Source: Methanomicrobiales archaeon (GTDB taxonomy: Archaea; Halobacteriota; Methanomicrobia; Methanomicrobiales; Methanospirillaceae). Taken from it: a stretch of DNA of 40,391 bases. The notes below the pieces were generated by a model that had not been told where the DNA came from, did no database searches, and saw only the letters and a program-made list of their open reading frames with translations. This document shows positions 1 to 9,064 of this stretch, in pieces; position 1 is the stretch's first letter, and every line of letters starts with the position of its first letter. A program made the position numbers and the translations under genes. Where the stretch lies: NCBI GenBank assembly GCA_037137755.1, contig JBAXJR010000021.1, positions 1 through 40,391 of the forward strand, written 5' to 3'.

Positions 1-416
1 AGGACAGGTTAGGCATTCAAAATCTAATTTGTTGCTGGTTGTGAGCTATCCTCTATAATCTATTTTATTTTTTTCGTTCAACTCAAAACTCTTAATCACT
101 CTAAAAAACTTCTCACCATCAATAAGAACCTCGATTTGACTATTTTCTAATGGTGATACGTTAGTTATAGTGAAAACTACTCATCAACCACTGCAGATTT
201 AAATGCCCAACCACTTTGCCATATTATATTAAATTGATTCTTTTTCAGAAGGAAATCTCTGATATCCTCACAATTTTCTAAATCACAGAAGGTATTCGGG
301 AAAATATATGATATGAAACCATTTTGCTGCAATAATTTTAGTCCCTGAATGGTAAAAATGCAATAACTATCAGGGAAATTTTTCACTTCTGGATATTCCT
401 TCAAAAGATAGTTATA

Positions 417-429
417 TAGGAGTTACGCA
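417..429 (+). repeat. Left terminal inverted repeat of the IS
   Basis: TAGGAGTTACGCA, exact reverse complement of 1487-1499. Confidence 0.93.
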
Positions 430-481
430 AAGACTGAATCAAATAAAAAGATCAATATGTATAAATAACGTAATATATTAC

Positions 482-1468
482 GTGGTTAATAGGATCAAGA
501 TTTCTGACTTACACTACATCAATTTCCTAGTTGCAGCAACATGTGATGTATCATGCGTGAAAGCGGCAGATTGTTATTCATCGAATGGGATTATTTTCAC
601 CCATGATGCGTTCAACCGATTTCTCACAAGACAGTCCTTAACCCCAGAAACGTTGTGGGATGAAGTTGAACCATATATTGAAAAACGAAGTGGATGGTTT
701 GTCCTGGATGACACAGTTATCGATAAAATTTATTCAAAACAGATCGAATTGACCTACTATCAATGGAGTGGAAAACATCACAAAGTAGTCCAGGGTATTG
801 GCCTGATCACCCTCGTCTGGACTGACGGAGCTAATACATTTCCAATTGATTATCGGATTTATGATAAAGATGGCGATGAATTATCAAAGAACGACCATTT
901 TCGTCAAATGCTTCATACGGCGTCCATCCGAGGATTTCAACCGTATTTTGTTATGTTCGACAGCTGGTATTCGGGTAACGATAACTTAAAATTTATCGAC
1001 AAACTCGGATGGAATTGGTTTTCCCGCGTTAAAAAGAATCGAATGGTAAATCCGGATGATACTGAAAATCGTCCGGTATCTTCTGTTACCATCCCTGATG
1101 ATGGAATTGTTGTCCATATGAAAAAATATGGATTCATCAAACTTTTTCATACCTTGAATAAAAAGGGTAAAGATCGGTATTGGGCAACAAATTTCGTCAC
1201 AATGGATGATCAGGACCGAAGAAATCTACAAGCAATTTGTTGGTCAATCGAGAATTATCATCGTGCTTTGAAAGAATTATGTTGCATCGAGGATTGTAAA
1301 ATCCGAAAAGAAGCAGGTCAAAGAAATCATATCAATTGTTCGATTCGTGCTTTCATCCGGTTACAGGTCGCCAACCAAATTGATAGGATCACAATCTATG
1401 ATGCAAAATGGCAGATCGTTAAATCGGCTATTTCTGAATATTTAGAACATCCTAAATATGGGCTCTAA
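482..1468 (+). CDS. IS701-family DDE transposase
   Basis: 328-aa intact ORF; LDDTVIDK, PIDYRIYDK, FDSWY and W-S-IENYHR-LK motifs; lies between the TIRs. Confidence 0.92.
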   Translation: MVNRIKISDLHYINFLVAATCDVSCVKAADCYSSNGIIFTHDAFNRFLTRQSLTPETLWDEVEPYIEKRSGWFVLDDTVIDKIYSKQIELTYYQWSGKHHKVVQGIGLITLVWTDGANTFPIDYRIYDKDGDELSKNDHFRQMLHTASIRGFQPYFVMFDSWYSGNDNLKFIDKLGWNWFSRVKKNRMVNPDDTENRPVSSVTIPDDGIVVHMKKYGFIKLFHTLNKKGKDRYWATNFVTMDDQDRRNLQAICWSIENYHRALKELCCIEDCKIRKEAGQRNHINCSIRAFIRLQVANQIDRITIYDAKWQIVKSAISEYLEHPKYGL

Positions 1469-1486
1469 TTTTTTTTCAGAGGGTTC

Positions 1487-1499
1487 TGCGTAACTCCTA
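1487..1499 (-). repeat. Right terminal inverted repeat of the IS
   Basis: TGCGTAACTCCTA followed by the TSD TTATA. Confidence 0.93.
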
Positions 1500-3737
1500 T
1501 TATATTCTTCATGTACGAAAGGAATCCCATACGGCGGATTCCCGATAACCGCGTCAAATCCCCCACCTTTCATAATCTCTGCGAATTCCACGTCCCAGTC
1601 AAAGGCATTGATCCGTTTCGCAACCGCCGGATCATCAAGTGTCACCTGCACATCTTCGTATATATCGGACCCTATCAACGAGTTACCACACTTGATATTC
1701 TCATGAAGCGCAGGCAATGCCCGTTCTTTGAAGAGTTTAAGCTGCGTTGAAACAGTTTCCTCGTTTTCCTCTTCAAGCACCTTGAGCAGCAGGGAAAGCT
1801 TGGTCACCTCAACGGCCTGCCGGTCGATATCAACACCGTAAATGTTGTTGAGGAGGATCCGTTTCCTTTCGGCCGTCGTCAGGTTCCAGTCACTCCGGAC
1901 CCGGGAATCGGCACCATTTGATGCCTTATAAACAGGCAGGTTCTCCGCTCCTCTTGCATCGGGCGGGATCAGCGCTTTTATATCTGGTGATGTTGCACCC
2001 TTCTCTTTGATCGCCGGGACCAGGTTGGCGATATACCCATCTCTGTGCCAATCGAGAAGATACTGGTAAGCACCGGGGAGAAAAGAGCCTGAACCGCAGG
2101 CAGGATCGAGGAGCCGGATCTTTGTGACATCTTTCGGGTTTTTGTCCTTCACCCGCTCCCCGACCGTGTGTTGTACTATGTAATCAACGATCTATTCCAG
2201 CGTGTAGAAGACTCAGCCAGCCTTTTTCACTTCCGGCTTGTACTCAACTTTTTCCTGGTGGTCGTCGGTGAGCCTGATTACTTTGCCGAGAAACTGCTCG
2301 TAGACATGGCCGAGAATCGCCGTAGGCATAACGGAAAATTCAAACGGGCTATCAGGGTAATAGAGCCGTTTGATGAGGTCTTTCAAGACCTTGTCATCGA
2401 TCGTGAGGGTAAGCGTGTAGTTATCTGGTGTTTCCGGATTCCCCTTCTCATCGCTGAAATGGAAAAGGCCTGAATTATAGCGTTCGTCTGCATCCAGGAA
2501 GAGGGCACACAATTTTGTGTAGGTCCCATCGCCATCGAGGACTTTTTTCAGCGTTTCATACTCCTCGATGCACCTGTCCTCGCAGATCCGGAGGAATATA
2601 ATCCGGTCGATGGTCTTCTGGACCGCATCGTTCAGTTCATCGATCGATAGCGAGGTATTCCGGATGGCGAGGTTCTTTGCGAGGACGGTCCCGCCATTTC
2701 TCGATCTCGGCGAGGAAGGTGTCATTAACGCTCGCCATGCCTTTCATTCCCTTCGTTTTACTGGCGTAGGCATCAAACGATCCATGCTGGATTGCTGACT
2801 TGGTAACTATTGACGAAAGATAATTCCATTCCTTAGCGAGATCCTTGTAGGTGAAATATCTTATCCGGCCCTTTGTCGTAGGATCAATGTTTTCGCGCCT
2901 GATCCGGCAGTAATAGACAGCCCATTCCTCGAAATTGGTAAGGATATTGAGATTGAGTTTCTTGTTCCACTCGTACCGTCGTACCTGGAGAGCGGATTTT
3001 GCATCGTCGGCAATCTTAACTGAGGGTTTTTCGCCTCCACGATAAATTTCATGACTCCGCCGATACGGAAGGTATAATGGATAAATTTCGTGTTGGTGTC
3101 CATTCCACGGAATTTGATGGACTGCTCATGGACTAAGTCCTTGTAAGCCTCGGCAAATCCTTGGGATTCCATCCGAGGGCACGAAATATCGGATCGACGA
3201 ATTCACGCTGCAACCGTGTTTCATTATAATCCCCACGAAGCTACTACTGCCGGTATGTTTCGTAGCGTTGGACCAGGCCAGGACCTCAATCACTTCCCTC
3301 ACTCAAAGTGCCTGGTGTAGATTGCTCTATCAAGACGAATAAGATTCTGATTTAATTTTTAAATCGGATGTGCAGGTTCAATAATGGTGGTCTGTAGACG
3401 ACGTGATTGTTACACATTCCAATTTTTCAGATCCTGCTGGATGTAAAAAGATCTGGAAAACGATGCAGGTGCTTTAAAATGCAGGATACGCCCGGTGGAT
3501 GAGGATTGCATAAGAGGGTACGAGAATAAGGCCGTTATTAAGAGGATAAAGGCCCCGTATAATCGTTTATTTTACATTACTTTTTTGGTAGTTCCAACCC
3601 CCATGACATGAATTCACACCAGGCAGAATGTCCAACATGGTCATAACAGGTAGCCAAAATTACAAGTTGCTGAGATCACATTCCTGCACTATGTATAATT
3701 TCCAGTTTTCACCGGAAACAATTCCTGCAAAAAGCAA

Positions 3738-3765
3738 CTGGCGTAAAATGGGTATTCTACGCATA
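3738..3765. promoter_or_regulatory. Candidate Xer-binding (dif-like) site / xerA operator
   Basis: CTGGCGTAAAA-TGGGTA-TTCTACGCATA: 11-6-11 geometry; core inverted repeat GCGTAAAAT/ATTCTACGC (8/9 match), directly upstream of the xerA TATA box. Confidence 0.5.
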
Positions 3766-3768
3766 ACC

Positions 3769-3776
3769 TTTATATG
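3769..3776 (+). promoter_or_regulatory. TATA box of xerA (probably leaderless transcript)
   Basis: TTTATATG ending about 23 nt before the ATG at 3799; no SD motif. Confidence 0.55.
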
Positions 3777-3798
3777 TGTCCTGAATAAAGAATAGACC

Positions 3799-4776
3799 AT
3801 GCAGGGTGGTTATTTCTCCGAGTGGCTCAATCGCTACGGTTACTACCTCAGAATGCGGAATTATTCACCCCGGACCATCACGAGTTATGAGCAGGTAGTA
3901 AAACAATTCGCCTATTACCTATGGCTCAGGAGAAACAGTAACCCCGAGAAGCTTGAGAACCTCTGGAAGGATTACGCAAATGCCCGCCTCGATACTGATG
4001 TCGAGGTAGAGCCCGTGATGCTGAACGACTTCCTGACATTCATGAACTCGGTCCGGAATTACAAACCCAAAACACTCCACCGGATGATCTCGACGCTTAC
4101 CTCTTTTTACCGGTTCCTCTATACCCAGGGCGCACTTGCCTCCAACCCGTTGTTTGGGATCGAACGGCCAAGGATCAAGGAACAGGAACTCCGGTACCTG
4201 AAACACAGCCAGGTACTCAGGTTGATCGCCTCGATCCCGGATACAAGGGAACAATTGATTGTCAGGACAATTTACGCCACGGGAGTCAGGATATCCGAGC
4301 TCTGCAACATGAATATCGAGGATATTGACTTTGAGGAGCAGACAATCAGGATTAAGGGGAAAGGCGGGAAGATCCGGACTGTTTTCGTCGACCCTGAGAC
4401 ACTCCGGGAGATGGAGCCATTCATCGGAAACAGAATTGAGGGACCGCTTTTTGTCGGGCAGCAGGGGCACCATATCTCCCCACGGACCGTCCAGCACTTG
4501 TTTGAAAAATACGCCCCCGCGGGTATAACCCCCCACAAAATTCGACACAGTTACGCAAGTGAACTCTACCGCCGGTCAAAAAACCTTCGTGTTGTCCAGG
4601 AGAACCTCGGCCACTCGTCGATTAAGACAACGGAGATTTACCTCCATACAGATCTTGACGAGCGGAAACGTGTCTACCAGCAATATTTCCCGCTGTCGGA
4701 TGAGCCAAAGACAGATGGTGTTAAGGACCAGGGGCAGGATGGCCATCGCATGGAGCGGGATAGCCCGCCAGAGTAA
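3799..4776 (+). CDS. xerA: Tyrosine recombinase XerA (XerC/D-like)
   Basis: N-terminal SAM-like domain (NYSPRTITSY); full catalytic set R (YATGVRISEL), K (KGKGGKIR), HxxR (HKIRHSYA), H (LGHSS), Y (TTEIY). Confidence 0.88.
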   Translation: MQGGYFSEWLNRYGYYLRMRNYSPRTITSYEQVVKQFAYYLWLRRNSNPEKLENLWKDYANARLDTDVEVEPVMLNDFLTFMNSVRNYKPKTLHRMISTLTSFYRFLYTQGALASNPLFGIERPRIKEQELRYLKHSQVLRLIASIPDTREQLIVRTIYATGVRISELCNMNIEDIDFEEQTIRIKGKGGKIRTVFVDPETLREMEPFIGNRIEGPLFVGQQGHHISPRTVQHLFEKYAPAGITPHKIRHSYASELYRRSKNLRVVQENLGHSSIKTTEIYLHTDLDERKRVYQQYFPLSDEPKTDGVKDQGQDGHRMERDSPPE

Positions 4777-6314
4777 ATTCATTTGATTTTTTATACGGAA
4801 TATATGAATAATATCCCGGGTTCTGCGAAAGAAGCCCATACCTCACCCCCACTTGTTCAAAAATTTTAGAAACCTTATTGTGGACCATAAAAAAATGATT
4901 TCAGACGACCACGGTAATCCTCCCGTTTCCTTCTGGATAGTTGTGGGGGCCAAAAACCCCAAAAAAATTAGGCAAGTTATACATGCGGGGAAAGAATGTT
5001 AACCGGGCAACCTCAAAAGTGAGTGATGGAACGAACAATCTGGGGATCTCACAGGTCTTTGTACTGTTATCTATATCGGAATAATGAGCAAAATCGAGCA
5101 GGCATGTTCAATATGCGAAATCTATTGCTTCGCTCTTTGGCATCATTTGTACGATAAAAAAAGCGAAAATGCATGGGTAAGTGGGGATTTCCCTTCATGC
5201 CTGGCTTAATCTTCGTAAGGGATGTTTTTGGGCATTCTCACCAGAAGGCTCCTTCAGGTCCAAAACAATCCACAGATTTCTCTTTCCCCCAAAAAGCTGG
5301 GTTCATCGATGTAGTTCGACCCCTGGAAACCTGAGTGAATCCCAGTATAACCCTCAAACTGTAATGTAGATATTCGTGGATGTCAACATAGCCGGTCATT
5401 CAATAATTCAAAAGGACTCTTTTGCTTAGTTCCTGGTTGTATGGTAGCAGTACTTGAATACCGGTGTATGGGGTATCAGGATACAAGGCCTCGTGTCCTG
5501 CAGGGGTCTGGCATCATGTGTCTGAATCGTGTTTTCCAACGGGATTATGAAAATCAGGTCAATAAATACCTACCGAAAAAAGGGCTATTTTAAAGGGCAT
5601 TAAACGAAAATCAACGACATTTATCCCATTAGTTGTGCAATTCATTAAGATCCGGGTATCCACCCCTTATTGCCCTGGTATATGCCAGGAATACATTTTC
5701 CCGTGCGCATACAAATATGATGCTTTTTTCAGGGGTAATCTTTAGAATATTAACCACAGGTGATCTCCGTAGGGAGCAGGAGAAGGTCCCGGGTACCATT
5801 TGAAACAATAATTCCTGTAAATTGAGATCCCACTCCTTTTTTCGATTGGAATGTTGAGACTGCATAAGATTTACTATTGATTTATTACAGAAAAATCGGC
5901 TATATTTTGATAAAAATGTCCATTAGAAGGTGTAAATTAACCTCTGATTATCTATATAAACCGCATGTTGCTATATTGTATAAGTATGATCTTTTGAGCT
6001 TGTGATCACCCATTTCACCCCCCGGATCTGGTTTTCCACGCTATTGGTGATCTTTTGTTTTGAGTGTTGCATGATCAGTAGTATGAAAGGGTGTTCTAAT
6101 CATATAGGGCCTGGCAAAATCAGATGAATTATGCCCAATCTTTAAAATAAAGGCAAAAAGTAGGTTTTTAATAAATGGAGAATCATGAATCGAATGGTAA
6201 TCTTCCCCTCTGTGGTCATATCAGCGCTGAAAAGAGAGTCGCCCGGTTATCCCCGCAAGGGCAGGGTTCACCGGCGTCCAGGCAAGACTGACTGTTGCAT
6301 CATCCTGGATTTAT

Positions 6315-6887
6315 TTATCCGGTCAATCCGTTCAGCTTATTTTGCGCGTTATTGAGGTGCGCATTTGCTGACCTGAATAACTCGTCCGCTGCATCACGGT
6401 AATCTTTTGATGCACCCAGCATCCCTTCACTGTCAGAAACTGCAATATTTCTCAGTTTCCTCGATCCATTCATCTCGTCCTGTATTGCTTGCAGGATTTC
6501 ATCCTTGACAGGTTGTAATGCCGGGGATACTGATTGTGCTGATAAATTATTATATTCTGATTTGAGGTTTTTTTCTGTCGATTCCGCGAGTATCTTTGCG
6601 GACTCATAACGACCACTTTTTATCAGGATGACGGTGTCTCCAATCATTTTTATCGAAACACTTTCCTGGTCGATGGTATTCTTCAGGAAAGCCATGTCCT
6701 CTGCCGTCAGGTTAGGTCTAGCCGGTACCTGGACCGCTGTGGCACTTGTATTCACATAGGTGGTACCCGGTGCCGGAGTTACTGTGGGTACAGTCATTTC
6801 CGTGGTCTTTGTGGTGATACACCCGCCGAGGGCAAGTGCCATTATAACAAGGACTGATAGTATCAGGTCCGGGTACAACAGTCGCAT
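6315..6887 (-). CDS. Hypothetical lipoprotein with Thr/Pro linker and helical C-terminal domain
   Basis: Start reassigned to ATG 6887; hydrophobic signal ending in lipobox-like LALGGC; PT-rich linker. Confidence 0.75.
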   Translation of the reverse strand: MRLLYPDLILSVLVIMALALGGCITTKTTEMTVPTVTPAPGTTYVNTSATAVQVPARPNLTAEDMAFLKNTIDQESVSIKMIGDTVILIKSGRYESAKILAESTEKNLKSEYNNLSAQSVSPALQPVKDEILQAIQDEMNGSRKLRNIAVSDSEGMLGASKDYRDAADELFRSANAHLNNAQNKLNGLTG

Positions 6888-7087
6888 CGTAGAAAATGTG
6901 CATGACTTGACCTGATAAATGTTGCCGGACTGTGCCGAAAAATAGCATTGTATCTGGGCCGCGATTCCCAATACTGCTTTACGGCCCAATTGAACGGTAA
7001 AAAGTGTAAATTCTTATTCGATAACGGAGTATATGTAAGCTAGACTTTTTCCGGATCAAAAAATTTCCGGGAGAGTGTTCGAGAATC

Positions 7088-7160
7088 ACCCCTGTAGTGT
7101 AGTGGTCAATCATGCAGGACTTTGGATCCGGCGACGGCAGTTCGAATCTGCCCAGGGGTA
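7088..7160 (+). tRNA. tRNA-Gln (anticodon TTG)
   Basis: Acceptor ACCCCTG/CAGGGGT (A1-U72, typical of archaeal tRNA-Gln), anticodon loop CT-TTG-GA, T-arm GGCAG-TTCGAAT-CTGCC. Confidence 0.95.
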
Positions 7161-7264
7161 TCGGGATTTTTGCATTCCTTATGTTATTTTGACTTGTTTG
7201 AAGAGACCCCTGCCCCCTCGCTATGATATCATATCAATAAGGGAATGCCAGTAAATCGAAATTA

Positions 7265-8152
7265 TCAGACAATTTTGACCTTTTCAGGATAGAATTTGAG
7301 CATTAAATGCCTGACTGGTTCATACACGTTCTTATGGTCAATATTCATCTTCAATATCTCTCCGCCGGTTGTCACAAATAAGATATATCCTGAAAGAAAG
7401 ACTGGTTTCTTCATGCAAATCTGTTGCAGGTCTTTCTTATCTATCTCAATCTCCTTGTAGACCTCCATATCCTCTATGGTCCGCTTCATGCTGTCCATTG
7501 TCCTTCCGAACAGCTCCGCGTATACGAAACCACCGATTGCCGGACCCTTCGGGTGACCAAAAACGTGCTTCTGGTTTTTTAAGATAAATATCCGCCTGTC
7601 AGTGACATAGATGCCGTAACCGCCGACATTTGTGCCGATTGCACCTGCAATGTCTTTGCTCTTCCCGTCAGTGAGCGAAAGTTTTATGGAAGGGCTTGAC
7701 AGTCCACCGATATAGGTCTCTCCAGCCTCCCTTTTTTCAGGAAAGGTTGTTGATCGTTCAGGCAGTGAGGTGGTGCCTGACGTGGATTTCAGGTGGATAA
7801 TATTTTCATCGCATATCCGGGCTTCCATGGTCCGCCCCATACGCACAAGCAAACCGGCTTTCCTGTTCCACGCGTCGTAACTTGATGGATCAAGACCGAT
7901 CGCGGAAGTATAGCACCTCAGGGCATCTTCATCGGCACCTGTTGAAACGTAACCGTCTCCTTTTACAACCCATGAAGCAGCCTGGGCCTTGTTTGCATCG
8001 GTCAACTCTCCCATGGCATGGGGGTTCCCCTTGTCCCTGGTTATCTGGGTCTCTTCAAGGAACCGCCTGACACGGTCGAGACTGGAACCGCAGAAAAGAC
8101 AAAAATTGCTACCCACAGGTATCTCTTTTCCACATTCCGGGCAGAAAACCAC
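7265..8152 (-). CDS. Zinc-ribbon + TPR protein with putative PH-like C-terminal domain
   Basis: FCPECG..NFCLFCG zinc ribbon; TPR-like WVVKG..ALRCYTSAIGLDP..AWNRKA; GIYVTDRRIFILK resembles prokaryotic PH domains; GTG start with SD. Confidence 0.75.
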   Translation of the reverse strand: MVFCPECGKEIPVGSNFCLFCGSSLDRVRRFLEETQITRDKGNPHAMGELTDANKAQAASWVVKGDGYVSTGADEDALRCYTSAIGLDPSSYDAWNRKAGLLVRMGRTMEARICDENIIHLKSTSGTTSLPERSTTFPEKREAGETYIGGLSSPSIKLSLTDGKSKDIAGAIGTNVGGYGIYVTDRRIFILKNQKHVFGHPKGPAIGGFVYAELFGRTMDSMKRTIEDMEVYKEIEIDKKDLQQICMKKPVFLSGYILFVTTGGEILKMNIDHKNVYEPVRHLMLKFYPEKVKIV

Positions 8153-8313
8153 TATTGACCCCCTCTACCTTTTTCCTTGGGCATAAAAGGTAATAAACTA
8201 TTACGAATTGCGTTTTTTATAAAGCATGAGAAAAACAGGGTCCCCGGATGACCAGGAAGAATAGGCTGAAAGTGGATAGAAAACTCCGGATTTCAGGAAA
8301 GAGAAGAAATTTA

Positions 8314-8673
8314 TCAGGTTATTTCTTCAGCTTCGACAATCGCAAGCTGGTACATCCAGTCCATCAGCCTGTGACAATCGATCACGTTACATTCTTCTTC
8401 ACAACCAATGCAGGGGATCAGTTCTTCTCCGGCGAGGATCTGGCTGGGGTCCAGGGGACGCTTGGTCGCCTTGAGGACGTAGGTCTTGATCCCCTCTTTT
8501 TTAAATTCAGTCCGTTCTATCAGCCCGGTATCTATCAGCTTCTTGACGATCCTTGAGCATTTACGGCTGTCTACCTCAAGTATCTTCCAGAGCTCGCTTT
8601 GGAGAACACCTTCAGGTTTGGACTGGATTACCTTAAGCGCCTCTTCGATCGGGTTGTTCATAGGTTCACTCAT
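8314..8673 (-). CDS. Winged-helix protein with C-terminal Cys cluster (archaeal RPC34/TFEbeta-like; often annotated Lrp/MarR)
   Basis: GVLQSELWKILEVDSRKCSRIVKKL..GLIER wHTH plus PCIGC-EEEC..C..LMDWM. Confidence 0.75.
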   Translation of the reverse strand: MSEPMNNPIEEALKVIQSKPEGVLQSELWKILEVDSRKCSRIVKKLIDTGLIERTEFKKEGIKTYVLKATKRPLDPSQILAGEELIPCIGCEEECNVIDCHRLMDWMYQLAIVEAEEIT

Positions 8674-8912
8674 CAGATGACCGGTGAGATTGAAAGGATA
8701 TTGTTGCCCCTAATCACGACGGTTCCGAGATTTCTTCCCCGCTGGTTGTTGTCATTCAGTTCGGTTGTCTCTTCCATGTGGATATTGAGGTACTCATCCA
8801 CTGCGACAAGACGACCCTGTAATTTTCTCCCATCATCTTTTATTTCTACGGTAATTTTCGAATCAACAAGAGAAAATACCTTTTTTATGGGAAGTACGAT
8901 TCCGTTAACCAT
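8673..8912 (-). CDS. Sm-like archaeal protein (Lsm/SmAP)
   Basis: Sm1 (LQGRLVAVDEYLNIHM) and Sm2 (LGTVVIRGNNILSISP) motifs. Confidence 0.93.
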   Translation of the reverse strand: MVNGIVLPIKKVFSLVDSKITVEIKDDGRKLQGRLVAVDEYLNIHMEETTELNDNNQRGRNLGTVVIRGNNILSISPVI

Positions 8913-9064
8913 CTGCCTTAATTTAGGGCGACAGGTAATTAAAGTTTCTCATACTGCAGAAAAATCCCACGGCTTCCCTATATGAATGCCTTACTGTCAT
9001 TTTCATCCTCACGCCCTGGAACCCGCAGGATATTTGAATCAATGCCTAAAAATCGAGCAAAAAT

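Larger units (their letters stand above)
417..1499 (+). mobile_element. IS701-family insertion sequence (ISAba11-like), 1083 bp
   Basis: Perfect 13-bp terminal inverted repeats TAGGAGTTACGCA (417-429) / TGCGTAACTCCTA (1487-1499), flanked by direct repeat TTATA (412-416, 1500-1504). Removing the element restores the RM frame (..VHEEY-NYLLKEYPE..). Confidence 0.93.
1..3293 (-). pseudogene. Degraded type IIG (Eco57I-like) restriction-modification enzyme (endonuclease + N6-adenine MTase + TRD), interrupted by an IS; runs off the window's left edge
   Basis: Collinear minus-strand fragments: 2861-3172 (GFAEAYKDLVHE..YTFRIGG..FIVEAK nuclease part), 2213-2725 (IDRIIFLRICEDR, YNSGLF, ILGHVYEQFLGK), 1442-2152 (motif I DPACGSGSFL, motif IV GNPPY) and 177-404. 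In-frame TGA (2213-2215) and TAG (2192-2194) in KKAG*VFYTLE*IVDYIV; frameshift near 180. Start position approximate. Confidence 0.9.

Noticed and set aside
2192-2215. In-frame TAG/TGA in the R-M gene as pyrrolysine or selenocysteine recoding
   Set aside because: They fall at positions expected to be Tyr and Gly in a gene that also has frameshifts and an IS; ordinary decay explains them.
3522-3577. dif-like TAA..TTA motifs (GAATAA-GGCCG-TTATT; CGTATAA-TCGT-TTATTTTAC)
   Set aside because: Spacers are 4-5 bp rather than 6 and the arms pair poorly.
5755-5790. CGTAGGGAGCAG resembling SRP RNA helix 8
   Set aside because: Lacks the matching 5' strand with GNRA loop and the long GC-rich pairing of archaeal SRP RNA.
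5181-5865. Short ORFs 5181-5369 and 5629-5865 in the large intergenic region
   Set aside because: No motifs, atypical composition and no clear translation signals.
3799-7160. Tyrosine recombinase plus tRNA-Gln as an integrated element or integron
   Set aside because: No duplicated tRNA 3' end, no attC-like cassette array and no IntI-specific insertion seen; the protein looks like chromosomal XerA.
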